This document shows positions 25,294 to 39,538 of a stretch of 64,000 nucleotides of DNA, one piece after another (the stretch's first letter is position 1; the number at the start of each line of letters is the position of its first letter). The notes below the pieces were generated by a model. That model made no database searches. It was not told the origin of the DNA and saw only the letters and a program-made list of their open reading frames with translations. Origin of the DNA: Octopus vulgaris. Its lineage: Eukaryota. The DNA lies in contig OX597842.1 in NCBI GenBank assembly GCA_951406725.2, positions 1,364,001-1,428,000 on the forward strand, written 5' to 3'. The translations under genes and the position numbers were made by a program.

Positions 25294-26583
25294 GTAAAAC
25301 GCATACATGTATATATATATGTAAATGTAATTATGTGCATGTGTGTGTGTTTCTGTGTGTTTGTACATGTCAAAACTTATATATATATACTCTTACATAT
25401 GCAAATACACACACACTTGTGCACACATGCGCACGCACACAGACACCTGCATCCACACACACACACACAAGTTGAAAGCTCTGAAAAAAATAAGCATCAG
25501 GTGAAAACAGTCTACAAGAGAGAAAAGAAGAAGAAGAGGAGGAGGAGGAGGAGGAGAAGAGCTGCAGCAACAACAACAAGAACAAGAGTTGGAGGAGGAT
25601 CTAGCATTGCAGAATGAAAGATGGGAGGGAGGGGCAGCGATAATATGTATTTATGTATGAGAAGTAAGGGAGGAAGCATAAGAAAGAGAGAGGGGAGAAG
25701 GTAAAATGGGAGGCAAAGAGTAGAGGTATGATGAAGAGAAAGCAAATGGAGAAGCAAGAGGTGGGAAAAAGTTAAGTGGAAGGGTAGGAGGGAAGAGAAA
25801 GAAAAAAGGGGAGGAGAAGTAAGGTAAAAATTTAATTAACATTAATGAAGATGATAATTAGCTTATTTGTTGAGAAATTCTCCTAGTTTTCTGCTGTTAA
25901 ATTATAATTTAAAGTGTGTATGGATTGTTAGCACCAGTACTGCGACTGCCACAATCATTATTATTGCCCCCTTTATTGTTACTATCACTGCTGTCCCTCA
26001 TTGTTTTCATTATCACTACCACCTCTACTACCAGCTTATCACCACCACCACCACCACCACAATCATCATCATTATCATTATCAACACCATCATCACTAAA
26101 ACTACCACCACTACAATCACTAGCACCACCACTATTACTACCACCACCACCACCACCACATCTACCACCACCACCACCACCACATCCACTAGCATAACCA
26201 CCACTACCACCACCATATCCACTAGCATAACCACTACCACCACCACAGCAACAACTACCACCTTCACCACTACCACATTCACTACCATAAGCACCACCAC
26301 CTTCAGCATCACCACCAAAATCACTACCATCACCACCACCACCACCACTACTACCACCACAACAATCACTACTGCCATAACAACCAACAACAGTACCATG
26401 ATCATCATCATCGCTAATACTATGACAATCATCACAATCATCAGCATCATCATCGTCGTCATCTCTACCATCATCATCATCATTCCCACCACACCATCAC
26501 TACCACTATCATCATCACTGTTGCAACATTACCTTATAGACTCATACTTAGCACAGTTATAGATACACACACACGCACACATT

Positions 26584-26618
<35 letters not shown>

Positions 26619-26835
26619 ACAAACATGTACATACATATATACACACATACATGCACACATGTACTATAGATACACATACATATATATATATACATACATG
26701 CATATATATAAACATATATATATATATACATATACACACATAATATACATACCTATACACAAAGATACATACACATACACACATATATGTATATAGATTG
26801 GGAAAGAGTCTTCTATTGCCTCACACCGACCAAAG

Positions 26836-26893
<58 letters not shown>

Positions 26894-27022
26894 CATACAT
26901 ACATATATATATATATAGATTGATAGATAGATAGATACATATATATACATGCATATATACATACACACACACATATATATACATACATATACATAGACAT
27001 ATATACATACATATAGACATAT

Positions 27023-27053
<31 letters not shown>

Positions 27054-27096
27054 CATACATATAGACATAGACATATATACATACATATAGACATAT

Positions 27097-27131
<35 letters not shown>

Positions 27132-27935
27132 CATACATGTTTGTGTGTGTGTGTATATATGTACATATATGGCAAGAGCGGAAGAGAGGAGGGACCTTCA
27201 TCACTGCTACATCATCATTGTCAACATCATCACTGTCAATATCACCATCAATGCCATCACCATCATCATCACCACCATGAGTGTGACCATCACCATCATA
27301 CTAATTTTCATTACCATCAGGTTTGTCGTCATCACCACCACCACCATTACCAACACCACCATTACCACCATCATCATCATACTAATTGTGATTGCCACTA
27401 GCATACTCAGAACCATTGCTACCATCATCATCATCATCGCCATTACCAACACAACCACAGCAACCACCACCACCACAACCACCATCATCATCATAATACT
27501 AATTGCTATTGCTATCAGCATCACCACCACAACCATCGCTACCACCATCACCACCATCCAGAACCATAAATGGCACAATCATCACTTTGTCATCAATATA
27601 GCAATCACCACCACCACCACCACCGCCGCCACCACCATCTCACACACGTGTGCACAGCCCTCACTTGTCCTAATCCCCCTACCTCCACCCCATCCATTCC
27701 GCCGCCACTGCACCCACTTCTGAAATAGATTCTGTTCCAATGTTCGTCACTCGGTCAATTTGCCAGAAGGTCTGGCAATTAATTATACATATTTACGATA
27801 ATTTCACACATTTATTGTGTATATATATATATATATACGTGTGTGTGTTAGTGTGCATGTTTACATATGCATTTATATATTATTTATATATATATATATA
27901 TATATGTGTTTGTATGTATATTGAAAGGCAGAGAC

Positions 27936-28004
<69 letters not shown>

Positions 28005-28210
28005 AATATATAGATACATGTGTATAAGCATATTCATATACACACACACATATACTTATTTATAAATATATATATATAATTATATCTATTAATACATATG
28101 GAAATATAAATATATATGTACAAATGCATATATATATGTGTGTGTGTATTTGTAGCATATATATACATACATACATGTACATACACATATACATTGATAG
28201 ATGCATAGAT

Positions 28211-28241
<31 letters not shown>

Positions 28242-28525
28242 CATACTACATGGTATGGGGCTGGTTGTGATGGGGGTGTACAATGAGTAACGCCACAAGT
28301 TTTAAACACTCTCAAATGACACCGGTAACCAGCTGTGTGTATATACATGTATATACATGTATATATACACATGTGCAACTGCTGCTGAGTCAGATATGTA
28401 AGCAGACATATATATATGCACCTGTATATATGTAGCTATGCACAACAACCACTTGTATGCATATCTCAATTATTGATAGTTATATTAATTATATCTTTTA
28501 ATTATACATATCTACATATCTTGAG

Positions 28526-28700
28526 GGCATATGGCTTAGTGGTTACGGTGTCGTACTCACGGTTGCGAGATCATGGTTTCAATTCCTAGTCCGGGCTGTA
28601 TGTTGTGTTCTTGAGCAAAAGACTTAATCTCACACTGCTCTGCAATCACTTTGACACCCAACACATGGTACACCATGCACCTGTTCAGGTAATGTCGATC
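28526..28700 (+). mobile_element. tRNA-derived SINE head (family D)
   Basis: TGGCTTAGTGG and GGTTTCAATTCC boxes, then TGTGTTCTTGAGCAA; relatives at 33826-34065, 51788-52120 (+) and 17520-17760, 19180-19430 (-). Confidence 0.7.
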
Positions 28701-28704
28701 CGCC

Positions 28705-29612
28705 ATGCTACATGTCAGTGAGACATGGGCCATGACTGCGGAGGACATGCGTAGGCTTGAAAGAAATGAAGCTAGTATGATCCACTGGATGTGTAATGTC
28801 AGTGTGCACTCACGACAGTGTAAGTGCCCTGAGAGAAATGCTAGACATGAGAAGCATCGAATGTGGCATGCAAGAGAGACGTCTGCACTGGTATGGTCAT
28901 GTACAAAGGATGGATGAGGAGAGATGTGTGAAGAAGTGCCACTCCCAAACAGTTGAAGGAATGCGGGGGAGAGGTAGACCCAGGAAGTCATGGGATGAGG
29001 TGGTCAAGCATGACCTTTGAACGTTGGGCCTCACAGAGGCAATGACGAAATACCGAGACCTCTGGGGATATGCTGTGACTGCAAAGACCCGACAAATAAT
29101 GTGAGTTCATGGTTGTATCTTACACCAGCTTCACACAACCAGCCCCAGTCCATTCAAAGTACCTTGGTTCGCAGGATGGCCTGCTGTGCTTATGTTGGAT
29201 CATGGGCAACCTGCTGTACTTGAGGAGACCTATGGAGTCAAGTACATCAACATCAAAATAAAAATCAAAGGGAAATTGTAGTTGTGATACCTGTGCCGGT
29301 GGGACATAAAAAGCACCATCTGAACTTGGCCGATGCCAGCGCCGCCTTGACTGGCTTCCGTGCCAGTGGCATGTAAAAAGCACCAACCGATCGTGACTGT
29401 TGCCAGCCTCCTCTGGCTCCTGTGCCGGTGGCACATAAAAAGCACCCACTACACTCAAGGAGTAGTTGGCGTTAGGAAGGGCATCCAGTTGTAGAAACAC
29501 TGCCAGATCAGACTGGAGCCTGGTGCAGCCTCCTGGCTTCCCAGACCCCGGTCAAACCATTCAACCCATGCTAGCATGGAAAATGGACATTAAACGATGA
29601 TGATGATGATGA
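28705..29612 (+). mobile_element. RTE-like LINE 3' end: frameshifted ORF C-terminus, 3' UTR and (GAT)n tail
   Basis: MLHVSETWAMT..LERNE..RRLHWYGHVQRM..GRGRPRKSW motifs typical of the post-RT region of RTE-clade elements. Confidence 0.88.
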
Positions 29613-29904
29613 ATAAGCTAACATACAGCACATACATTTGATCACAATAAATCGGTGGTCCTCAACTGGGGTCTATGTGGCCCCTGAGGGTCTATATAAG
29701 ATTTTTGGGGTGTCCACAAAATAACTTAGTAAATTAGAAATCCACAATAGAATGTGAAGCAGCCCTTGAAAAAATTTTGCTTCAGATGTATGTATTGATA
29801 TTTTTGAAAGAAGTATCTGTAAAATTAGTTTCAAACATCAAATGGTTATGGGATGGGGTCACCAGGATAAAATAGTAATCAAAGGGGTCCATAGGGAAGT
29901 CCTG

Positions 29905-30205
29905 CTTTGGATAATGTAGTCCCATATACATTATCTGAATAAAAGATGGGATGGTCACAGCTGGAACGTTTTTGATCATAGGTCTGCTGGATCAGGACTG
30001 CTCTGGGACTAAACAACTACTGTAGCCACTAATACTAACTACATTAGTCAATGTACTCCTAGATACACATAAACAACAACTATAGCCACAAAAACTAATT
30101 TCTGTACTATACATGAGATAATGTAGTCCTAGATACGCTATGCCTGAATAAAAGTTGGGGTGGTCACAGCTGGAACATCTTTGATCATAGGGCTGTTGAA
30201 TCATC
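29905..30205 (+). repeat. Two to three units of the ~120-bp repeat seen at 2385-3117
   Basis: Shared GATAATGTAGTCC..GGTCACAGCTGGAAC..TTTGATCATAGG. Confidence 0.8.
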
Positions 30206-32028
30206 ACAGGTGCACTTACCCAGTACCAGCACAGGTGTGTTAACTCAGCACTGGCACAGGTGTGTTAACTCAGCACTGGCACGGCTACTTTTTAAGTGGA
30301 CCCAGCACCTTAAAGGACAAGTGTGTATGAGTGGAAAAAAGGGATTTTACTTAGCTTGAGGCTTCACACACACACACACACACACACACATTAAAAGTCT
30401 AGTACTTATACTATTGGTTTCTTTGGCTGAACTGCTTAGTTACAGAGATGTAAACACACCAACACTGGTTATCAGGAGATGGTGAGGAGGACAAACATAG
30501 ACACACACACACACATATATATATACATATATATACGACGGGCTTCTTTCAGTTTCCGTCTACCAAATCCACTCCCAAGGCTTTGGTCGGTTCGAAGCTG
30601 TAGTAGAAGACATTTGCCCAAGGAGCCATGCAGTGGGACTGAACCCGGAGCCATGTGGTTTGTAAGCAAGCTTCTTACAACACAGCCATGCCTATATATA
30701 TCTATATATCTATATATATATATACACATACATACATACACATACATATATATCTATATATCTATATATATATATACACATACATACATACATACACATA
30801 CATATATATATATATATACACATACATACATACATACACATATATATATATATATAAATATATATATGCATATGTATATATATATCTGTATACACACACA
30901 TGTTTATACATATATATGCATATGTACATAAATATACACACATATATACATCTGCACATATATATATATATATACAAATATATATATTTATACATACACA
31001 CATAAATATACAAATATATCTATACATACACACACACACACACATATATATATATACACATATGTATGTACATACACATTTACGAAAAGACAAAATATAT
31101 AACACGTAGACATATATATACACACATACAAAACACACATCTATTCAAAAAGACACAACATATTTATTTATAAACAGACATAAGGCAGACAACATTCAGA
31201 GAGAAAAAAAAATAGATTTTAGAAAATTATTTTTCTCTTTTTATCATTCATAATTTTCAAGCACTTTGGTAAATAAATTTTTTTAAGAGTCGGGTGGGGG
31301 GGGGGGTGAGTGGGGGTAGGTGGGGGGAAGAAACAATTATGAAAATTCTATTTGGACGTGCTTGCCATGAAACTAAGTGGAAACGTTTCTTAACGAATAT
31401 AGCGAAAATAATTTAATTGTTTAATTAGTAACCTTAATTTTTTTGGTTATTAATAGAAACAAATTCCAATACTTGTTATGTTTACCTGTCTGGGGAATTG
31501 CAGAGAGAGAAGGGGGGGGCAGAGGGGTAGACGGACGCACAGACGGATACACAGATACACTTAGTCTCACCCGGTAATTTGTGGTTGGTGTATGTGTGGC
31601 TGTATGGTAAGTAGCTTGTTTACCAACCACATGGTTCCGGATTCATTCCCACTGCATGGCACCTTGGGCAAGTGTCTTCTACTATAGCCTCGGGCCGACC
31701 AAAGCCTTGTGAGTGGATTTGGTAGACGGAAACTGAAAGAAGCCCATCGTATATATGTATGTATATATATGCGTGTGTGTGTTTGTGTGTCTGTGTTTGT
31801 CCCCCTAGCATTGCTTGACAACCGATGCTGGTGTGTTTATGACCCCGTCACTTAGCGGTTCGGCAAAAGAGACCGATAGAATAAGTACTGGTCTTACAAA
31901 GAATAAGTCCCAGGGTCACGTTGCTCAATTAAAGGCGGTGCTCCAGCATGGCCGCAGTCAAATGACTGAAACAAGTAAAAGAGTATATATCAGTAAATCT
32001 AATATGTGATAATTATTCGGTAGCCAAG

Positions 32029-32090
32029 ATAAAACTCTGAGTAGTTTCGGATGCCGAGGTGGAAATCCACACAACCATCTCTTCAGTTAT
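32029..32090 (-). ncRNA. Type I hammerhead ribozyme candidate, core intact
   Basis: Minus strand: ATAA-CTGAAGA-GATG..CATC-C-GAAA-CT-actcag-AG-TT-TTAT; weak all-AU helix I. Confidence 0.5.
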
Positions 32091-32700
32091 TTACAGATGA
32101 ATTCCTCTATTTACATAATATTGGGGTCTCTTTCTTTCTTTTGTTATCTTACCGTTTTTACCAATATATATATATATCATCATCATCATCATCATCGTTT
32201 AATGTCCGCTTTCCATGTTAGCATGGGTTGGACGATTTTGACTGAGGGCTGGCAAACCAGAAGGCTGCACCAGTCTCCAATCTTGATTTGGCAGAGTTTC
32301 TACAGCTGGATGCCCTTCCTAACTCCAACCACTCCGAGAGTGTAGTAGGTGCTATTTACGTGCCCCCGGCATGTGGGCCAGTCAGGTGGTACTGGCAATG
32401 ACCTCGCTCGAATCTTTTTACATGTGCCACTGGCACAGGTGCCAGTGAAACGACGTTGGTAACGATCATGCTCGAATGGTGCCCTTTTATGGAAGCCAGT
32501 TGGCTGCTCTGGCAACGATCACGCTTAGATGGTGTTCTTGGCACCCTACTAGCACAGGCATAAGTGCCAGTAAGGCAACGCTGGTAACGATCATACTCAA
32601 ATAGCCGCTCGGTCAACGATCACACTTGTATGGTGCTCTTTGCACCCCGCTAGCACAGATGCCAGTCATCAAATTGATTTTGATGTATATATATATGTAT

Positions 32701-32734
<34 letters not shown>

Positions 32735-32782
32735 CGTTAGCTCCTACATGAATTTTTTTCTCTCCTTGTTTTTTTCTGTGTA

Positions 32783-32820
32783 CCTTTCTGTAGAAGAGCA
32801 TAGGCTCGAAACGTAAAAGG
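32783..32820 (+). ncRNA. Minimal type I hammerhead motif with one core substitution (A6U)
   Basis: CCTTT-CTGTAGA-A-GAGC-atag-GCTC-GAAA-CG-TA-AAAGG; perfect helices I and II, palindromic ACGT helix III. Confidence 0.72.
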
Positions 32821-33155
32821 CTTTTTCTATTCCTGAGCGCTATACTAATACATCTGTTTGTTTGTACACCACCTGCCTTTGTCCATTGTTTATTTTCGTA
32901 AACTTTCCCTTTATATATATATATATAATGTAATAATCTTACATTGTGTATAAACTCTGTTTGGAAGGTCCTACTTTAAATTCTGTTGGATTTTTCTCAT
33001 AAGTATTGGAATCTTACATATATACCATTCTGCCTATAAAATGGATCTACAAGTTTAATATCCCTACATATCTTGCATCTATTTTCTTTCCTCCACCTCA
33101 CTCTCTATTTTGTATCCTATTTAAATTAACTATTACTTAACCATCCTCTCGCACC

Positions 33156-33207
33156 GTCTCCGATGAAGGGATAAAATTAATAAATATCCTGGAAACAGCT
33201 GTAAGGC
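33156..33207 (+). ncRNA. Type I hammerhead motif, U4C variant
   Basis: GTCT-CCGATGA-A-GGGATA..TATCCT-G-GAAA-CAGCTG-TA-AGGC; palindromic helix III ACAGCTGT. Confidence 0.65.
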
Positions 33208-35568
33208 CTTCTATCTATAAATGCTCTAATATCTAAACAGCCTTGTTTTTTTTTTATCTTATTACGCAAAAAATTGTTATATATATACATATGTTCATGA
33301 GTGTGTGTATATGTGTGTGTGTAAGCGTGTATGTATGTATATATAATCAGAAACCTTATAATTTCTAAATCTCTCAAAGAGAGATATTCAGAAACAGTTC
33401 TTTAAAGTAAAGGCAATTTGCCAACATAATGTGGCTGTCCTGGATGGGATGATTGTTGCTGTTGTTTAGCCCCAGGAAATATCGTTTCCAGCTGGCTATA
33501 TGACACGATATCTTCCCAATCACATGTTTCTGAGTTCAGTCCCACTGTGTGACACCTTTGTTAGGTGTCTTCTACTATAGCTTTGGGCTGACCAAAGCCT
33601 TGTGAGTGGAGATGGAAACTGAAAGAAGACCGTTGTATATATATAAGTACTTGACTGCTACTTATTTTATCAAACCCAAAAGGAAGTCGACCTTGGTGGA
33701 ATTTGAACTCAGAACGTAAAGGCAGATGAAATGCTGCTAAGCATTTTGCCCTGTATGTTAACGATTCTGCTGGCTTGCCACCTTAATATTAGTGATAATA
33801 ATCTTTTCTATTAAAGCTACAAGGTGGAAGCACATGGCTTAGTGGTTAGGTTGTCAGCATCATGATTGTAAGATTGTGGTTTCGATTCCTGGACTGGGCG
33901 ACGCATTGTGTTCTTGAGCAAAACACTTCATTTCACATTGCTCCAGTCCACTTAGCAAGCAAAAATGAGTAATGCTGCCATGTACTGACGCCCCATCCAG
34001 CTGGGGAACACATACGCCATTGAAACTGGGCCCATGAACCTGGTTAAGCTTTAAAAGGGTGCATTTATTTTTTTTGAAAGGTACAAGGCCTGATATTTGA
34101 TGGGTGGGTTAACTCGATTACATCAACCTCAGTACTCAACCAGTACTTAATTTATCGACCCCGAAAGGATGAAAGGCAAAGTCGACCACAGCAGAATTTG
34201 AACTCAGAACAGCAGAAGACAAGGACCAATCTCAGAATGTTGGGCCTCATGGAGGAAATGATAACAGACCAAGATGTCTGGTAACATGAAGTTCTAGAGA
34301 AGACCTGTCCATGTCAGCAAAACTGAGTTTTAGAAGCGCTGTGTGTCCTGCCCACACTCAACAAGAAAACTCCTCACACATTCTACCACAAGAGACCAAA
34401 CTACATCTCTACATATCTTCTCTTCCTCACATTTCCACTTCATGCTCTAGGCTTACCTCCAACTCCCCAATCCTGTCTCCTCTTGGCCCTGTACCTCTGT
34501 ATCATTCCTCTCTGCTAGTCCCCAACCTATGTATTCCACCCACATGCCCTGTCACCGCAGTTTCCTTAGCATGCCAGGCAAAATGCTTTGCGGTATTTTG
34601 TCTACCGCTACGTTCTGAGTTCAAATTCTGCTGAGGTCGACTTTGCCTTTCATCCTTTCGGGGTTGATAAATTAAGTACCAGTTGTACACTGGGGTCAAT
34701 GTAATTGACTTAATCCATTTGTCTGTCCTTGTTTGTCCTCTTTGTGTTTAGCCCCTTGTGGGTAGTAAAGAAATAGGTATGTGTTGTGTTCTTAAGCAAG
34801 ACACTTTATTTCACGTTGCTCCAGTTCACTCAGCTGCAGAAAAGTGTTGTGATGTCACAGGTGCGAAGCTGTATCGGCCCCTTTACCTTTCCCTTGGATA
34901 ACACTGGTGGCACGGAGAAGGGAGGCATGTATGCATGGGTGACTGCTGGTCTTCAATAAACAACCTTGCCCAGACGTGTGCCTCGGAGAGTAACTTTCTA
35001 GGTGAAATCCCACGGTCAGTCATGACTGAAGATGGGGTCTTTACCTTTTACCCTATGTACATATAATGGCATGGAGAAGGGAAGCAAGTATCTATGGGTG
35101 ACTGTTGGTCTTCTCTAAACAACCTTGCCTGGACTTGTGCCTTGGAGGGGAACTTTCTAGGTGAAATCCCATGGTCATTAATGACCAAAGGAGGTCTTAA
35201 CCCCTTTTTTACCATTTGTACATAATAGAGATAAGTCATAAGAGTATTCAGTATCCTGAGAGAAGTGAGCAAATGGCTAGGGCTGGACAGATAAATAGAT
35301 GGCAGGCTTCTTTCAGTTTCCATCCACTGAATCCAATTGCAAGGCATTCGTCTGCCGTAGGCTATAGTAGAAGACACTAGCGAAAGGTGCAATGCAGTGA
35401 AACTGAACCTGGAATCATGTGGTTGGGAAGCAAGCTTCTTACGACACAGCCACCTCCCTCTCTCTTGATAATACATAATAGAGGTGAAGGTGCACAGCTC
35501 AGGGGTTAGTGTCAGGCTTCCAATCATGAGGTAGTGAGTTCAATTCCCAGGCTGGGAATATATATATC

Positions 35569-35601
<33 letters not shown>

Positions 35602-35645
35602 ACAACATTGGTGGGGGCACAAACACAGACACACAAACATATATA

Positions 35646-35680
<35 letters not shown>

Positions 35681-35780
35681 TGGCCTGCTCGCTTAGCCAG
35701 TGGGGTGGCGTCATTCGAAGGCTAAAACAATGCGAACGCATTGTAGCAACATCTGATGGTCTGGTCGGTCATGTGATCAT

Positions 35781-35878
<98 letters not shown>

Positions 35879-36655
35879 CATATATATATGCATAAGAGTA
35901 TCTATTCTTTTTATCATTTACTTGTTTCAATAATTAGTCTGTGGCTATGCTGATTAATGACAGAAGCAAGGAAAAGATATTAATATGTATATCGTGGCAC
36001 TCTATGGGTTACAACAACGAGGGTTCCAGCTGATCAGATTAACGGAACAGCCTGCTCGTGAAATTAACATGCAAGTGGCTGAGCACTCCACAGACACATG
36101 TACCCATTATGTAGTTCTCAGGGTGAGTCGGTGTAACATAGAATGTGACAAGGCTGGCCCTTTGAAATACAGGTACAACAGAAACAGGAAGAAAGAGTGA
36201 GAGAAAATTATTGTGAAAGAGTACAGCAGGGTTCACCACCACTCCCTGCCGGAGCCTCATGGAGCTTTAGGTGTTTTCGTTTAATAAATACTCACAATAC
36301 CCAGTCTCAAAATCAAAACCATGATCCTACGACAACAAGTCCACTGCTCTACCCACTGGGCCATTGCACCTCCACAATGTATATATATATATAAATGGAA
36401 CAAAAACAGAATAGAGGGCATTAAAACATTCGGACAGACAAAACTTATATGTATGCAAGCAATTATGTATGTACATGTACATCATCATCATCATTATCAT
36501 CATTGTTTAACGTCCGTTCTCCATGCTAGTATGGGTTGGACGGAGGATCTGGGAAGCCAGAAGGCTGCACCAGGCTCCGGTCTTATATATATGTACATAG
36601 ATATGCATATATATATATGTATGTATATATAAATAAGTCTCTCTCTTCATATATA

Positions 36656-36686
<31 letters not shown>

Positions 36687-36713
36687 TTATACACACACAC
36701 ATATATGTATATA

Positions 36714-36753
<40 letters not shown>

Positions 36754-36791
36754 CATACATATATTTATACACACACACATATATGTATGTA

Positions 36792-36856
<65 letters not shown>

Positions 36857-37376
36857 GTCTATATGTGGTGTATGTATACACACACACACATGTATACATG
36901 CAGGGAATCCTATCAAATAATGACATCTCTCCCTGATTGCTCTCCCCACCATTCTGTTGCACCTAACAAACCAAAATCCTTCCCTTCCGATGTCGAAGCC
37001 AAGTTAACTCCGAGGTTAAACTCCTCCATCATATTCCGAGCTGCCACTCTTACTCGGATTTCACAAGATTTACCTTGAGGCCAGGACCTCACTCGATTCA
37101 TTGTTGTTGTTGTTGTCGATCATCACCTGCTCGCTGGTGGAATAAAAATAGTGGGGGGAGGGAGGATGGAGGAGGGGGTGATGCAAGGGGAGGTTGGTCG
37201 GTTGCAGTGAGAGGGGCGGTTAGAGATGGAAATATCATACCTTAGCTTCCAGCACACTGCAACCACAATATGTGTATATATATATACATACATATATATA
37301 TGTATATAAATATTTATATATGTATATATACATACATATATGTATATATATGTATATAAATATATGTGTATATAAA

Positions 37377-37418
<42 letters not shown>

Positions 37419-37548
37419 TATATGTATGTATATATGGTATATAATGTATATTTTAAATTATTTATATCATGATTTATCTTCCACATATCTAGTCACTTTC
37501 AGATAACTCAGATAACTATATACATACATATATATATCCACATATATA

Positions 37549-37592
<44 letters not shown>

Positions 37593-37636
37593 TATATATA
37601 CTTATGTACATCATATATATATATAGATATATATAT

Positions 37637-37669
<33 letters not shown>

Positions 37670-39172
37670 AATATATATATGTATATATATACATGCATAG
37701 ATGTATGTATAAATATATATGTTTGTGTATACATATATATACGCATACGTGTGATACATATACTGATGCATATAAATGTGTGTGTGGGTGGAGTGGAGTT
37801 TAAATGCATGTGTGGGCATCATAGTTCATAGTAAATTCTAATTATTCAAATACTCCACCACCAGCACCACCATCACCCCTACCATTTCCTTGCCACCGCT
37901 ATCATTACTGCCTGCACCAACAACACCATCTCCACCCTTTGCTCCTACCACCATCACCACCACCGCCCTCACCACGACTACGACTACCACCACCACCACC
38001 ACCACCACCACCCCTACTACTACCACTATTCCTACCATGACAAACATGAACACCACTAAAGAATTATGTATACTCTTTACTGTTTTTACTCTTTTACTTG
38101 TTTCAGTCATTTGACTGCGGCCATGCTGGAGCACCACCTTTATAGTCGAGCAAATCGACCCCAAGACTTATTCTTTCTAAGCCTAGTACTTATTCTATCG
38201 GTCTCTTTGCCGAACCGCTGAGTTACGGGGATGTAAACACACTCCATCTGTTGTCAAGCAATGGTGGGGGAACAAAGACACACATATACATATATACGAC
38301 AGGCTTCTTTCAGTTTCCGTCTACCAAATCCACTCACAAGGGTTTTGTTGGCCCAAGGCTATAGTAGAAGACACTTGCCCAAGATGCCACGCAGTGGGAC
38401 TGAACCCAGAACCATGTGGTTGGTAAGCAAGCTACTTACCACACAGCCACTCTTACACCTTGTATCAATGTTATTATAATATAAAATTGTTGGTTACTGG
38501 AATTTCTATTGAGATGGTCCTTGTTCTATTGCATTTAAAAGGGTGTGAGAGAAAGAGAGACAGAGGGAGAGTGGAAAGAGTGACTCTAACACAATGCCAG
38601 GGCCTTCACATAGAAAGCCCTTCCTTTTTTTTTGACTCTGTCTATCTCATGTGTATTTAGACAGTTTTCTTAAGCAGCAAGTCTATGAATATGCTGGTAC
38701 AGAGGGACCATTCCTTTCACAGGTAAAAATGAAGGAATCTTGCCTGGTAGGGTCACATATCCTTTCAGTTTCAGAACTCTCTGTCCCAAACGAATCTGCA
38801 GGGCTCAGATCCTCATTTGACAGCATCAAGGCCCCAACAGGTCACAACTCAGCAAATCAAAGCACACGAGACACAGAACAGAGACCAATGGCAACAGTTG
38901 ACTATGAAAGCATCAGGGGTCGCAGCACAATGACTGACTGCATCAGCTACAAGAACCTTATATATATATAAATAGATGTGTGTATATACATATAGTCATA
39001 TACTTTTCATTTATTTAGTTTTTCTTTACTTTATCCTTCTTCTTTCTATAGGCTTCCTCTGACGTTATATCATATAACAGTTTTTTGAAACAATATTAAT
39101 AGCGTTCAGTTAATCACTATACATATCCATCATTTTCTGTTAAAATGTCTTATTGATGAGCTTCATTTCTTC

Positions 39173-39261
39173 ATTTCCCTGAAGAGAAGATTACATTGTT
39201 TTACACTATTCTATTCCTCTGGAATAATATCAGTGATATCTTTGAAACATGTGTCGGAAGT
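39173..39261 (+). ncRNA. Type I hammerhead ribozyme, intact core, GUC cleavage triplet
   Basis: ATTTCC-CTGAAGA-GAAGAT..ATCTTT-GAAA-CA-tg-TG-TC-GGAAGT: helix I 6 bp, extended helix II, helix III ACA/TGT; predicted cut after 39255. Confidence 0.72.
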
Positions 39262-39298
39262 AAAAGAATTTGAATTACACCTGCGTTAAACTCTATTT

Positions 39299-39331
<33 letters not shown>

Positions 39332-39492
39332 AGCACAGGAGAGGCTGTGTGGTAAGTAGCTTGCTTACCAACCAGATGGTTTCGGGTTCATTCCCACTGC
39401 ATGGCACCTTGGGCAAGTGTCTTCTACTATAGCCTCAGACCGACCAAAGCCTTGTGAGTGGATTTGGTAGACGGAAACTGGAAGAAGCCCGT

Positions 39493-39538
<46 letters not shown>

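Noticed and set aside
31290-31330. G-quadruplex-capable G runs
   Set aside because: Common low-complexity feature with no supporting context.
35526-35545. let-7-like TGAGGTAGT
   Set aside because: Lies in a tRNA-SINE head; the match ends after 9 nt and there is no precursor hairpin.
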